NCBI GenBank assembly: GCA_951406725.2
Contig: OX597815.1
Coordinates: 86,924,001 to 86,988,000 of the forward strand
DNA length: 64,000 nucleotides
Reading direction: 5' to 3'
Source of the DNA: Octopus vulgaris
Taxonomy: Eukaryota
Below are positions 11,652-25,423 of the stretch, one piece after another. Under the pieces are notes generated by a model. That model was given only the letters and a program-made list of their open reading frames with translations. It ran no database searches and was not told the DNA's origin. The translations under genes were made by a program, and so were the position numbers. Numbering within the stretch: the stretch's first letter is position 1; every line of letters begins with the position of its first letter.

Positions 11652-14323
11652 GTGTGTGTGTGTGTGAGTGACTATGTGTGTGTGTGAAACTAAAATATTG
11701 TCATATTTGCTTTCCTTTCAAAATTCATATAAATTTGTATTTGGTTTTTAATTTTTCTGACGTGTTACTGTTTTATATCAGTCATTTTTGAAAAGAAAAG
11801 GAAAAAATAGTTGAGCAGTAAAAAATATTTAAATGTTTTTTGATTGCTAATTTACTGCACTCGTTTTTATTTTCTTTATCTGATGTTTATCACTTCAAGT
11901 TTATAATGAGCTGTATTAAATTTAATCAAAGAAGCACACAGCAAATTTTGAAATATCAGCAAAGACACCAAAGAAATTATAAAGGCCTATAACACTAGTA
12001 ACAGCATGGCAGTTGGCAAATATCCTAAATTACTCTTCAAAATAATGTAAATTTGAAAAGTAAAATATTGCTCAAATCTAAAAATAGATTTTATTTAATT
12101 TGCTTTAATATAATTGAAAGAAGCTGAATTAAAACAAAATTCTTAAAATGAAAATCAAATATATATTTCTTCTTTGATAAAATAATAGTGGAGGATTATT
12201 GATATTTGATAAAAGCTCGACGTATTTCCTGACATCTTAAGGGTATTACGATATTTACTATAGAAGAAACCGTAGCAGTTCCACAAAACTAAATAATTCT
12301 GTTCCTCAACAAGATAAAGTAAACTAATTACCTTATATTCGGGTGGCATATTTCTCGTTACACTTCGGGGCTATATTTAATTTAACACTACTAGTGAAGC
12401 ATATTTGAAAATATTTATAAGGTAGGCATGAAATAGATAGGATATATGTAATATTTAATTCTGAGTATACCGTGTCAATTTGTTACAAAATATATATGTA
12501 GATTTTCAGAGATTGTTAAATTATCTGCCAGTGGTGGAGCAAATATAATTTTACACAGTATCGATCATCTCAGTGCAAAAGCAAGCTCTTTGACACGCCA
12601 GATTCTGCAGATTGCATATACGTCATTAATCTCAACATCTCGTTTCCCCTATACGATTATATGAGAAACAAAAAAAAAATGTGAGTTATTTTGGAATGAT
12701 AGAGTTGAGGTCAATGATATAACAATACTGTGATTGAGGAAGCCAATGCACTACTTAGGGATAAGAGAACTGAAATATTATCTTGCAGAAAAAATCTTTT
12801 GAGAGTATGACGATCTTCAATTTCCAATTAATCCCCTACACCTTTTACTGTGTAACGATTCCCTATATTATTTGACATTTCGAGGGTGTAACATTGATCT
12901 TCTCATGACAGGAGAATAATATCCTCCGCACCGTTATACTCAATATTATTCAGATATTTGAACGAATGTAATTGGAAATTTCACAATAAAATATGACATA
13001 TCGCTATTTCTGAACAAGTTTATTATTAACAGTAATCATTAAATTATTTCTTATTATGTGATTCATATATTTCGAGCAACTTGTCTATTCCTAAATTCTC
13101 CTAAATGTTTGAAACACTAATCAAAGATGCGTAAGAGGTTTTCGCAAATAAATCTTTTGTTCTTTTGAATTTTGCAACAGCCTAAAGCCTTTAACCTGCC
13201 CTAGGCCTATTCACGAGTGTAAACAGGAATTTTCAGAAACGTTATTTTTACGAATTTCATATTGCGTGGATAATTCGTTTAATAGTATGAGTACTGCATG
13301 TTTGTTGGAATAACTATGGTTTGTGACAGAAGTTTACCGAGCATCTGGAATTTAAAACAAAACTAGTCGTTTCTCGAGATTACATTTGTTTTAATATTTC
13401 TTTGTCATAGACCAACTGTCGTCATTCTGATAATGAAATATTTTAACATTTTGCTTCATTCTTATTGACTATGCTCAGCAGATACGAGCACTACGATAAT
13501 ATCATAACGAAATAAAAGAATGTATATTCAGATCCATAAAAACAATTGTGGGTACTGAAGATGGTATAAAGAAAAACAAAAACCATAAGTCGCCAGCTGG
13601 TTTATTCATTATTGGATTCCTTTGTTGTTTGGATGATTTGAGAAATAACACAAAGAATGAGCAACAAGACATAAAAAGATGTGGGAAGATTTCTTATTAA
13701 ACACGAAATATAATGATGAAAACTTATAAAAATCATGAGGAATTATTTGATATAGAAGTATTTTAAATCTCTGTTTATTCAGGAGGACTGACGAGATTAA
13801 TGGAGTTGATGGCTCTCAACGGGTGGGGAAGCGAGTAGGAATCTCCATCGAGTTGAAACATTGGGTGGAAATGATTTTGTAGTTGATGCGAAGACTGGAA
13901 GTGAGATACACGACGGATAACGAGACGATAAATGCCCGATCAGAAGGCTTTACGGGAAGATTGAACGTTAATTACCTAGTTTAGAATATCTCCCATATAT
14001 TAAGCCAGTGCGACTAGAATTGAAATTAATCAACACAAACAGAATGAAAGTGATTGATTGATACCTTTCAAGGGAAACTTGTTAAATTCGTTATGACAAC
14101 AGATACTCTAAAATATTAAAATACAAGTAAATTATAGCGGTGGCAACAGTACATGGGGGAGAGAGAGAGAAGAGGAGCCGGAAGAGGCGGGAAAGAGGAG
14201 GACATGGGGTGGATATTTAGGTAGGAGGAGTGAGTTTATTGTTGGTAGAAAACTAACTAGTTCAACGTATCTCCCAACCTGTCTCACAGAGACTAAATAC
14301 ACACACACACACATATATATATA

Positions 14324-14400
<77 letters not shown>

Positions 14401-14555
14401 GGCAGTATCCCACAGCTACTAAATCTCAATGTTTGAAATCAATCAACACAAAGAGAATAAAATTGATTGTTTCTTTTTGAAGGAAAGTTGTTAAACTCTT
14501 TGTACAGACAAATACTTTTAAATATTTTAATATGTTTAAGTTATAGTGGCAAAGG

Positions 14556-14598
<43 letters not shown>

Positions 14599-14983
14599 TA
14601 TATCTATATCTCTGAGTATATGTACATATACTGTGTGTATGTGTGTGTGTGTGTGTAGGCAAATTTTGTATTCATATACTTCTATATCCATATGTTTAGA
14701 TATATGTATACATATACATACAAACACACACACAATATGCGTGCGTGCGGGTATAGTCGCCATGTCCAAATTTGCGTCAATCCGACAAATGTCTAAATGC
14801 TATCAATTGACTGTGTATATCCTGTTGTCATCATGTGAACTATTCTGTGAAACCAGCCAACGTAAATGTGTGTATCTGGTTAATCAACATCGCAAAGACG
14901 GACGAAGAGAGTAACAGACAGACAGGGAGTCAGACCGACAGTCAAACAGACAGACAGACCAACAGACAGACAGTCAGACAGAC

Positions 14984-15107
<124 letters not shown>

Positions 15108-15175
15108 GTTCGCATGTACATGCATTGACACACAGATATACATATGTATATGTATGTAAATATTTGCATGTACGC

Positions 15176-15231
<56 letters not shown>

Positions 15232-15762
15232 GTATTTATGAATGTATATACGTGGATGTTTGTATGATATACGTTTATGTATTATAGAAATAGAGACAGA
15301 AATGATACAAAAAAGTTTTTGGAAGATAAGGAAAGCCTGGATTTATATATCTGGAATAGTGGTTTAAGATAATTGACCAATTTATAAAATATCTACATAA
15401 TAATTGCTTGGTACTAGAACGGAAGTCAATGTCTTATGCAACATCGATCTAAAATTTCCATCGATAATTTTATTTTGATAAGCTTTAAAACTTTGGAGAC
15501 TGACGTTGCGTTATATGTAATGTCATGATCTTTCAGACGCTATAAGTGTAGTGTCTGACGAACTTATGATGCTACAGTCGTTCAAATGAAGAGATGCCGC
15601 GGAATTCGCAATTAACATAATTGCTGATGGAACTGTTACGAGGAAGAAGTTACATACAAACAATCAATTGCACACACACACACACGCGCACACACACACA
15701 CACACACACACAAACAAGCAAAAAAACATACGTACATACACATATGTATGTGTATGAATGTA

Positions 15763-15821
<59 letters not shown>

Positions 15822-15879
15822 TGTAGGAATGTATGCATATATATATGAGAAAGTTGGTGTGTGAAAGCACGTGGTTGAA

Positions 15880-16234
15880 TATATAGAAAATAGTAAAAAG
15901 TTAAAAAACTACAGAAGGCTTGTTTTAAAAGGTTAAAAAATATATTTGAGTCATTATGTCTGAAGAATGTTATAAACTTTTTTCATACAATGACATAGTT
16001 TTTGAAGAAATGACCGGTTTCGCGTTCAGCTTTTCAAATTTCTTACATCGTTATGTTTACGTTGAGAAGTGTGAAAAAGAGTTCCAGATAAGGGGAAGTA
16101 ATAAGTGATTTCTTCCGGTGTATGGGAGATAATCGCTTAATATTTCTTGCCTTTTTTGGGGAGTGAGTTTCTCTGTATAAGAATGTTGGAATGGTTAAGT
16201 TTGAGCTTCTGTAGTTTTTTCACTTTTTACTATT

Positions 16235-16243
<9 letters not shown>
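15880..16243 (-). mobile_element. Short fold-back element with ~38-bp terminal inverted arms and internal hammerhead
   Basis: TATATAGAAAATAGTAAAAAGTTAAAAAACTACAGAAG vs CTTCTGTAGTTTTTTCACTTTTTACTATTTTCTATATA. Confidence 0.7.
16005..16044 (-). ncRNA. Minimal hammerhead, U3-A8 core variant
   Basis: AAGAAAU-UUGAAAA-GC[UGAAC]GC-GAAA-CCGG-UC-AUUUCUU: perfect 7-bp stem I, GUC cleavage triplet. Confidence 0.72.
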
Positions 16244-16268
<25 letters not shown>

Positions 16269-17689
16269 TATACGCATCCGCACGTCTGTGATTTTCTCCT
16301 TGCAGAAATTATGAAATATGATAAATATGGTCTATATTTTCCCCCTCACGAAAACTTGGATAAATTTTAAGAATTTAAAAGGTACATTTTCTTCTTTTGG
16401 CTAAGATCGATGTGTAGTTAACAATTTGAAAATCAATAATCACAATACATACATACATACATGATGATTGCGTCCACTCGTGACCGAGGAAGACCATCTC
16501 CGACTGTTGATCATACAAAATGTCAGCAATGTCCGGGCATGAGGTTATTGCACCCATTGTTGGCTTCACCCGGGTTTGTGCGTGTGGTCCATGCTGGGTA
16601 CGGTGCCTTCCTACTCAAATGGGCATCAAAAAGTCGTCTCGCCAACGATTGTGCAACCTAAACTTTTAGGTCCAATAAGCCTTGCACAATACTTCACAGA
16701 GCCTCTCCACCCTCCCGACATGATCCAGAGACAGGCTGGGGTAAAATATCCAGTACCAGTATGGTTCGCAGACTCAGGAACCTGAGAGCACCATGATCTC
16801 AAGCGCCAACAAATGATCCCCAAAATGTTCGATGTTATTCCTTGCACATCTGGTTTATATCAGAAGACCTTCTCCCAGATACATGCTTTAGCAACCGCTG
16901 AGGTATACCTCAGCTCTCAGTGGTCTTCCAGCACGCCAGACACTAACCAAGAATTTCTGAGTGCCCATGCTATTACTGGTCATTAAACCTACACTACTCG
17001 TCGACTCTGTACTGAGTTCATCCGTCCATTTGTCAGATCTTGTTTTAGTCCTACTGGGCTTCTAGCGACCCTCCTCATCAGGCAAACCTAGAGGGGGTTT
17101 CGGTTTAGTTTCCGACGGCCTCACCATGTACTGGTTTCCATTTTACCAGTAACAAGTGACCTGACGTAAAATACATACATACATTACCGTACGGTTCGGC
17201 ACCCACATCATCAGCAGGCCATAAAAGGAGAGTAAGTCGCTCCTCCCGTCTGTAGACTGGGGTGGCATTTTGGGCAAATACTACCTCTCATGCCAGGGAT
17301 ACGGTGAAGACGTCGGCAGTAGGACTTTAGATAAGTGACAAGTCAGAGGAATCCTAGATCGACAGCTTCAAGGTTATTGCGGCCAAACGGAACATTTGTA
17401 CTATCAGACAGCGGTTTCGGCGTCAACTAGTAAGTGAGCTGTTATTACGGTGCAGCTCCCTCGTCGACCTTGTTCCTTGTACGCTTGTACACTACTTGGT
17501 ACTTGGCGTGAAGTCTCTGAGAGGGAGTCTGATGGGGGGACGACACCAACTGCCTTACTCACCGCCCAAGGCATCTTATATTTCGCAGGGTATATGCTTG
17601 TTCATACATATATGCATACATATATGTGCGTGCGTGTGTTAATGTGTAAGTGTCTGTATATGCATCATTATAAAAAAAAACTTACAAAG

Positions 17690-17950
17690 ATTAATGTGGA
17701 ATTTCTCACTATGAATGAAATGTTGTTTACAATCACATTTTACCCAGCAGTAGAATGGCACAGTGCCAGACATATTTCCAACAAAGCCTTGTCCGTTTTA
17801 GACAGAGCACCAAGCCACACAGTGTACTTAAATGAGTTCTTTAATTATGAGAGAGTAGAATATATCTCCAAGACTACAACTTCTTTACTCCAGCCAATAC
17901 ATCAAGATGTGGTAGCTGCTCTCTAATGGTAAAAACTTTTCACTTACTCA
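17690..17950 (+). mobile_element. Tigger/pogo transposase relic
   Basis: FYPAV...KALSVLDRAPSH...TTSLLQPIHQDVV resembles pogo KALL.LDNAPSH...NTTSLLQPMDQGVI. Confidence 0.7.
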
Positions 17951-19298
17951 TCAGCTACTCATACAAAAAATATTTAATGGAAATATGCTTAAACTGAGTT
18001 CTACGTGTACCATCAATGTGAAGAACTTAATAACAAGCAAGCCAACTAAAGTAACCCCAGACATTGCATATCAAGAAATACAAATATATACATCCTTGAT
18101 TATCCATGCAACGCTAAACTGATTATCAAGGAGTAAGAAGTACATCTGAACAAAAACTATACATCGCACTTAGTACTATATCCCACTTATTTCTTAAAGC
18201 CTTTGTAAATGAGTATTTAACACGAAACACCAGCGTTAATGAATAATGTAAAATTTCAATATTATTTATATTATTATCTTTGATATTTGAGGTACTGTTA
18301 ACTATAATTCTCTTTCGGAAATATAGAAATGACTTAAGCTACAAAACTGCCGAGTTACGTCGGGAATTTCAAAGAAAATGCTACTGAATTTCACACTCAC
18401 TTAGAAGATCCTTATGAAATGCAAATCATACATAAATGGTGCTTGAAATTTCTGATTAAGCATAACGGTAAAGTACTTTACACTGAAGCTTTAATAAATC
18501 CTCAGATTATATTATAGCCAAATCAGGAATCTTGACCAAACGTGGAGACTGTGATGAGTATCTACAGAAACACTGGACATTTACTTAATATAAAATATGA
18601 TAAAAGTTCTTGATGGAATGAATCAAAGGATTATTTTATTAAACTAGGATTATTCATTCTGTTATTTTCCCCCGTCTTGCTCTATTTCTCTCCTCTCTCT
18701 CTCTCTCTCTCTCTATTTCTCTTCTCTGTTTTAGTCCGCTATATTGAACCTCATGTATATCGTTATCCTCAGTCCATGATGCACTATAACATCTAGTAAT
18801 ATTTTCATTGTTAATGTCATGGTTACAACTCACTGGTTTATCATTTGTATTTATGTGTATATACCCAGCTTATTTAAAATGCTCTCTCGGCCCTAGTCGT
18901 GCATAATCAATACGCCGCCATCTTAATTTTATAATAACTCAAGAAAAATAAGTCACCTGTAACAGTACATATTTATAAACAATTTATCATTTCTCCTTAC
19001 AATATTTTCAAACTTACCGTTCAATGCTGAAAATTGAACGGACAATTAACGATGCATACGACGCTGATTTTTGACCAACAGAAATAAAGACATATCTACG
19101 CACACATACATACATACATACATACATACATACATACATACATACATACATACATACACACACACATACATACATACATACATACATACATGCATGCATG
19201 CATACATACGTACGTATGTACCATTATACGTTCACACACCCGTACGTTCGTATGCAGGCAGGCATGTAGGAAAGTAGGTAGGGAGTTAGAGATTTTTT

Positions 19299-19393
<95 letters not shown>

Positions 19394-20497
19394 TCTAAAA
19401 TCTTAATGCAATCTACACCTACCCATTGAGGAAATCTTCTGGATGTATCTATACTTCACTTGAGCACTAATACTGTATTAGTATTTTGTAACATTCATAT
19501 GCTGTTTCTTAAACTTTCAGCCTCGTTCACTTTCAGTTTTTTGTTATAGTAGTTTTTGTTTTGTTTTGTTTTGTTTTGTTCTTTCAATAATCTTATTTTT
19601 TAAATCATTGATAAATTCCTCAAATATATATTCTAGATACAAATCCAATATATTTTTTCTATCTTCTTATTCCCGTCATATATTGAGAAGGAAAAGATAA
19701 TCCTAAAATTTCAATAACTGGTTGGTGGGGTTGCGGATCTGGTGATATTTCCTTGCTTTTATTTAATCGATAATTTCATACTTCAAAGTAAAAAATCAAA
19801 CTTTCATGTTCAGTGAAAATTTGTTTAAAGTTTTTTTTTTTTAATTTGAATTTCTTTATTCCCATGATTCAATTTATAAATTAATTCTGCATCTTTCGAA
19901 TTCTTAGAAAAGGTTGAAAAGTATTTTCTGAATCCACAGAAGCGGTTGTAATTTTCTTTTTTTGATGCTGACGCATATCCATCAGAATCCTTGTTTCACT
20001 TTCTCATCACGTGTTATCGTGATAAAAGTACTAAATACAATACTACTTTGCCTTCATCTGCATGTGAGGAAAGCTTCTTAGCTTTAGAAACTTTTTTTGT
20101 TATATTTTAGTATTGATTTTTCATCTTTGTTGCTGTCAGATCTATCATTCTCGTTATCTTTATTCGCATATCTTATGAGCACTCGAAAACCTTTCTCTAA
20201 CAGAGTCCGAACATTGCTGTGGTTGAATATATTTATTTCATTATTATTCTCCAAAACGATAAATGGCCGGTAATTTAATGACAGAAATGGTAAAACTTCA
20301 GATTAAATATCGTACCCAATTTTTTGATTCCATGTTCAGAGAAGAACTCTCACTGGAGGTGACTTCACCTTGCGTTCCCACTTGTTCGATAAAATAAGTA
20401 CCACCCACATATTGGATTATTTCTTGCGTGTAAGTATAAACATTGATAGCATATATGTGTAGATGTAACAACACAGGAAAAGACAGTGAGATTGAGA

Positions 20498-20528
<31 letters not shown>

Positions 20529-20822
20529 TAGAGGGATGACCACTATGTGCTAGAAGTATATCCGCTATAGTCTTAGAACTGTCCACATAGTGGTCATCCT
20601 TCTAATTTGTATGTAATACAATTTACTGAACCTTCAGTTTTTTAATATGCTAGACCACTCTAGGTGTTAAATTGATATTATCAAATTAATATTCAATTTT
20701 TCACCCTCATTTTAAATTTATATATATATATATGTGTGTGTGCGTGTGCGTGTGTATGTCTGAATGTATATACATACATACATGTGTATGTATGTGTATA
20801 TGTATAGATAGACGGATGAATG

Positions 20823-20905
<83 letters not shown>

Positions 20906-21308
20906 CAATAAATGAATAGACAGACAAACAGACAGACCGATAGACAAATAGATGAATAAACAGATACGTAGACAGAGAGGTAGATGGATGTATTAGGTAT
21001 ATGGGTGCGTTTACTCATATGCTTAAATACAGACGTATACAAATATGAGTGAGAAGCTAAAACTTTATAAATTGAATGAAAACTAAACTGATCACATTCA
21101 ATCTTTTCATTCTAACTTGGGATCATGCCAGTTTTGACAGTACGATTCAACAGAACATTATCATCAATTCGTGAGTAAAATTGAAATTTTATAACTTCAT
21201 TACTAATTCATGGGAAAATTGAGAGGAGTAAATGCCCGTTGTCCATTTTTTCACATCACTAATGTACCAGTTGCGTTGAACTCATACTTCTCCTAACTTT
21301 ATCCATTC

Positions 21309-21364
<56 letters not shown>

Positions 21365-21366
<2 letters not shown>

Positions 21367-21585
21367 TCTACTCTTTTACTTGTTTCAGCCATTTGACTGC
21401 AGCCATGCTGGGGCACCGCCTTTAGTCGAGCAGATCGACCCCAGGACTTATTCTTTGTAAGCCTAGTACTTATTCTATCGGTCTCTTTGGCCAAACCGCT
21501 AAGTTACGGCGGCATAAACACACCAACATCGGTTGTCAAGCGAAGGTGGGGGGACAAACACAGACACACAAACATATACACACAA

Positions 21586-21637
<52 letters not shown>

Positions 21638-21894
21638 AATATTAGGGAATAAATCCAAATTTACAAGGAAAAATCAGATTTAAGATTGAATCCAATTTTA
21701 TAGTAAAATAGTTCATAATTTAAAACTCGCTAAGAAGGTTTTGAAACCACCTGAAGAATGTCTAAGATGTGCTGACACGAAACGATCGTAGTGGTTATTC
21801 ATATGTTAAATTTTAATTTATATAAATTATTTTATGTATTGGCTTAAGTCTTTCTTTGTTTGATTTGCATAATAGTGGTTTTGTCTCTAATTTG

Positions 21895-21946
<52 letters not shown>

Positions 21947-22118
21947 AACACACACGATGGGCTTCTTTCAGTTTCCGTCTACCAAATTCACTCACAAGGC
22001 TTTGGTCAGCCCGAGGCTATAGTAGAAGACACTTGCCCAAGTTGCCACGCAGTGGGACTAAGCCCAGAACCATGCAGTTGGTAAGCAAGCTACTTACCAC
22101 ACAGCCACTCCTGCGCCT
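21365..22118 (-). mobile_element. tRNA-derived SINE interrupted in its (TA)n tract
   Basis: Head GGCGCAGGAGTGGCTGTGTGGTAAG; body and tail collinear with copies at 24113 and 44690. Confidence 0.88.
21745..21796 (+). ncRNA. Minimal type-I hammerhead inside a ~270-bp insert (21633-21900)
   Basis: AACCAC-CUGAAGA-AUGUC[UAAGAUGUGCU]GACAC-GAAA-CGAUCG-UA-GUGGUU. Only the 10.1-11.1 pair is mismatched. Confidence 0.82.
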
Positions 22119-22228
22119 ATATATATATAACAGAGTGACCCAAAGTCCGAGAGTTTCATGCGTTGGCACGTAAAAATAAACATATATTCATATTTTGAGT
22201 TGTATTTTTCCAGTTTGCATCAATATAC

Positions 22229-22276
<48 letters not shown>

Positions 22277-22301
22277 CTTTCCTAACGATTTTTATGACAA
22301 A

Positions 22302-22510
22302 CGAGGGTTTACTGAAAAGTTCCTCTTTTTAAGGATGTCGCGAAAGGCCTGGTAGGCAACCCAATCTTTCGAGTTCTTCTACAGAGTTTTAGAAAAACTG
22401 ACGGTCCGCTGTATGAATTTGTGAGGGAAATTTGTTGAATAAAATCATAATTTACTGATCCTCCTGTATTTTCTTTTACCCAAAACCAGGAAATTTTCAA
22501 CATCCTCTCG
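22302..22510. mobile_element. Mariner-type MITE
   Basis: CGAGGGTTTACTGAAAAGTTCC ... GGAAATTTTCAACATCCTCTCG|TA. Inverted homologue of 50330-50547. Confidence 0.75.
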
Positions 22511-23377
22511 TAGAAGTTTATTTCTAAAGTATAATGTGTGTGTATGGATATAGATATATATTCACACACATAAGTATATCGTCCGTAAATCATACATCCG
22601 AAAAAGAAGCACTCCTCCCCTCTTTACATATATATTTGATCCTCAAAAGAGGAGAGATTGGTGAAAATACTAAATAATTTCAGTTCAGGTTTCGTGCCTA
22701 TCCTCAGCTATGGTCATGATAATCTGTTGATTAATCAAGTCATTGCTCACCTGATTGCCTAATGAGTTAGGGGTTATGTAACGTACTACACATTGTAACT
22801 AATTATATTATGTTTACGTGAATATAACAAGAAAATTGCAGCTGCGAGAGATGTGACATGCGCTTTGCGTTTTTATTCTTCTCTTCCGTTTTTACGAATC
22901 CAGTGCACACATGTGCATTGCGCCTTAGTGCTTCTCTTTCTGGTTGCTACTCTAAACTGTTTTCAAGTCGCAACCATCTCACGGACCTACTGTCGTGAGG
23001 ACCACTTCGAGCTCTGATGATTGTGAAAAAATTCCTAATGAAACAGTTGTAGCACTACTAGATAACCCACTGATCTTTTTTCGTTATATATATATATGTA
23101 TAAGCTCCGTCGTTTAAGACAGCAAGGGTTCCGTCGACCCACTGACACGCGGCGTACTCCTAACTTAGTCCTTAGGGAGATTCACTGTGACACAGAATAT
23201 GACAAGCCTGGCCTTTTGAATTACAGGTGCAACCCATTTTTGCCAGCTGAATGGACTGGAACAACTTGAACTAAAGTGTCTTGTTCAAGGACACAACGCA
23301 CCGCCTGGAATCGAATAGACAGACAGGCAGACAGACAGATAGACAGACAACAGACAGACAGATAGATAGATAGATAA

Positions 23378-23467
<90 letters not shown>

Positions 23468-24112
23468 GGATGAATAGAGTTCGGGCCTAACAAGCAGCTA
23501 ACGTTTCGATGTCTAAATCATTATAGAACTGGAATTGCGTGATAAGTCGACAAGTTCAATCCGGTATATAGATGAGATCAGATTGTTGAAATGTTATTTA
23601 AAGTGAATTTCTCGTTGTCTCCTAGATTATTAATCTTAATCTACTTAATCCTATTAATTCTTCGGAGAGAAAGTTATGGATATTGCAATACTCTTAGAAC
23701 CAATGCTGTCAGGCGATACGATGTTGTGGAAATGACATAACCAATAGTTTTTACTCAATTTCAATTACAGGAATATTGAAAACGGTCCGCTGAAGATTCC
23801 ATTATCGATCAAAAATCCAAGAAAAAAATTCATTAACCATTGCTTTCTTTAAATGCATGGATCATTAAACAATTACTTCATACTGTCTTCCACAACCAAT
23901 CTCCTGAATGGTTGCGTTCACTTCTCTTTCATAACAAATCTGCTTCTTTTCCTCACTCTTTACATTTCGTGCGCGCAACCACATTTACGAACGCGCGCGC
24001 GCGCGCAAACACTCGCAAAAATACACACACACATACACGCACACACAAACTCGTTTCCTCACGATTTGCATTACATAGAAGTCTTTTTTCTAGAGTATAA
24101 TACTGTATGCGT

Positions 24113-24274
24113 GTGGGTGGCTGTGTGGTAAGAAGTTTGGTTCCCAACTCCATGGTTCGGTGCTTAGTCTCATTGCGTGGCACCTTGGGCAAGTGTCTTC
24201 TACTATAGCATTCCGCTGAGCAAAGACTTGTGAATAGATTTGGTAGACGGAAACTGAAAGAATCCCGTCGCATA

Positions 24275-24317
<43 letters not shown>

Positions 24318-24536
24318 TTTTGTGTGTGTGTATGTATTTGTTCCCAACACGGCTTGACAACCAGTGCTGGTGTGTTTACGTCCCCGAAATTTAACAGTTC
24401 GGCAAAAGAGACCGGTAGAATAAGTACCAGGTTTTAGAAAAAAAATATAAGTACTGCGATTGGTAAGTTCGACTGAAATTGCACAAGGCGGTGCCCCAGC
24501 ATGGCCGCAGTCTAATGACTGAAACAAGTCAAAAGA
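24113..24536 (+). mobile_element. tRNA-derived SINE
   Basis: Same family as 21365-22118, internal (TG)n. Confidence 0.85.
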
Positions 24537-24798
24537 AATTAAAATGAAATATGTGTGTGTATGTTTGTGTGCGTATGTGTGTGTGTTTGTGTGCGTATGT
24601 GTGTGAGTATACGGAAGGAAGTAGATTAGTACGCATATATGTATGTGTACTTAAGTATACACAGACATATAATATGTATAATATAATATGCAGGTATATA
24701 TATACACACACATATATATGTAACATACATAAAATGCAATATACATTATACATACTAAATATATCTATACATAACGTAGATAATATACATATATATAA

Positions 24799-24898
<100 letters not shown>

Positions 24899-25390
24899 CG
24901 TCTCGAATCGAAGATAATTCCAATGCAACATAATTTTTTCTTGCATGGCTCCCATAAAAATTTCTTTTTGTTGTCGCAATTCCTGCCATTGACCACCTCT
25001 GAATTGTTTCTTTCAGATATTATTTTTGTTTTTCACCTTGGACTATAAATGTTCTCCAGGTGAAATAGCTTTTGTGCTGATAACACTTATTGATACAGAA
25101 ACGCGTCTCCCTAGCTTTTGTTTGTCTCCACAAATATGACTCTTTTCCCTATAGGTAATTCTAGAATATTCTTGATTTAATTCCTGAGGATTTATGATTC
25201 TTGAGATTCCCTCGTATTTAGCGTCACATTTAACACAAGGAGCGTTTTCCCTTCTCTCGAAGCATAGATAACATCAGTAACTCATAAATATATCTTGGCT
25301 GAAAGTTAAAATACCTTTATTCGTCTTTGTTGTCCAAATCTATGCCACTCACCACTCTGAGTTAGTTATCTTTCTTAGCTTAATTCCGTT

Positions 25391-25423
<33 letters not shown>

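Noticed and set aside
14028-14535. Diverged ~95-bp direct repeat, and TATATAAACGGCAGT Helitron-like start at ~14392
   Set aside because: Too short or diverged; no matching Helitron body or 3' end.
16455-17570. GC-richer block, possibly RTE/LINE relic
   Set aside because: No convincing motif in any frame.
23011-23053. CTGATGA...GAAACAGTTGTA HHR relic
   Set aside because: Stem II is weak and stem I out of register; counted only as a relic.
25072-25110. CTGATAA...GAAACGCGTC HHR relic
   Set aside because: G8 lost without compensation; stems I and II do not pair.
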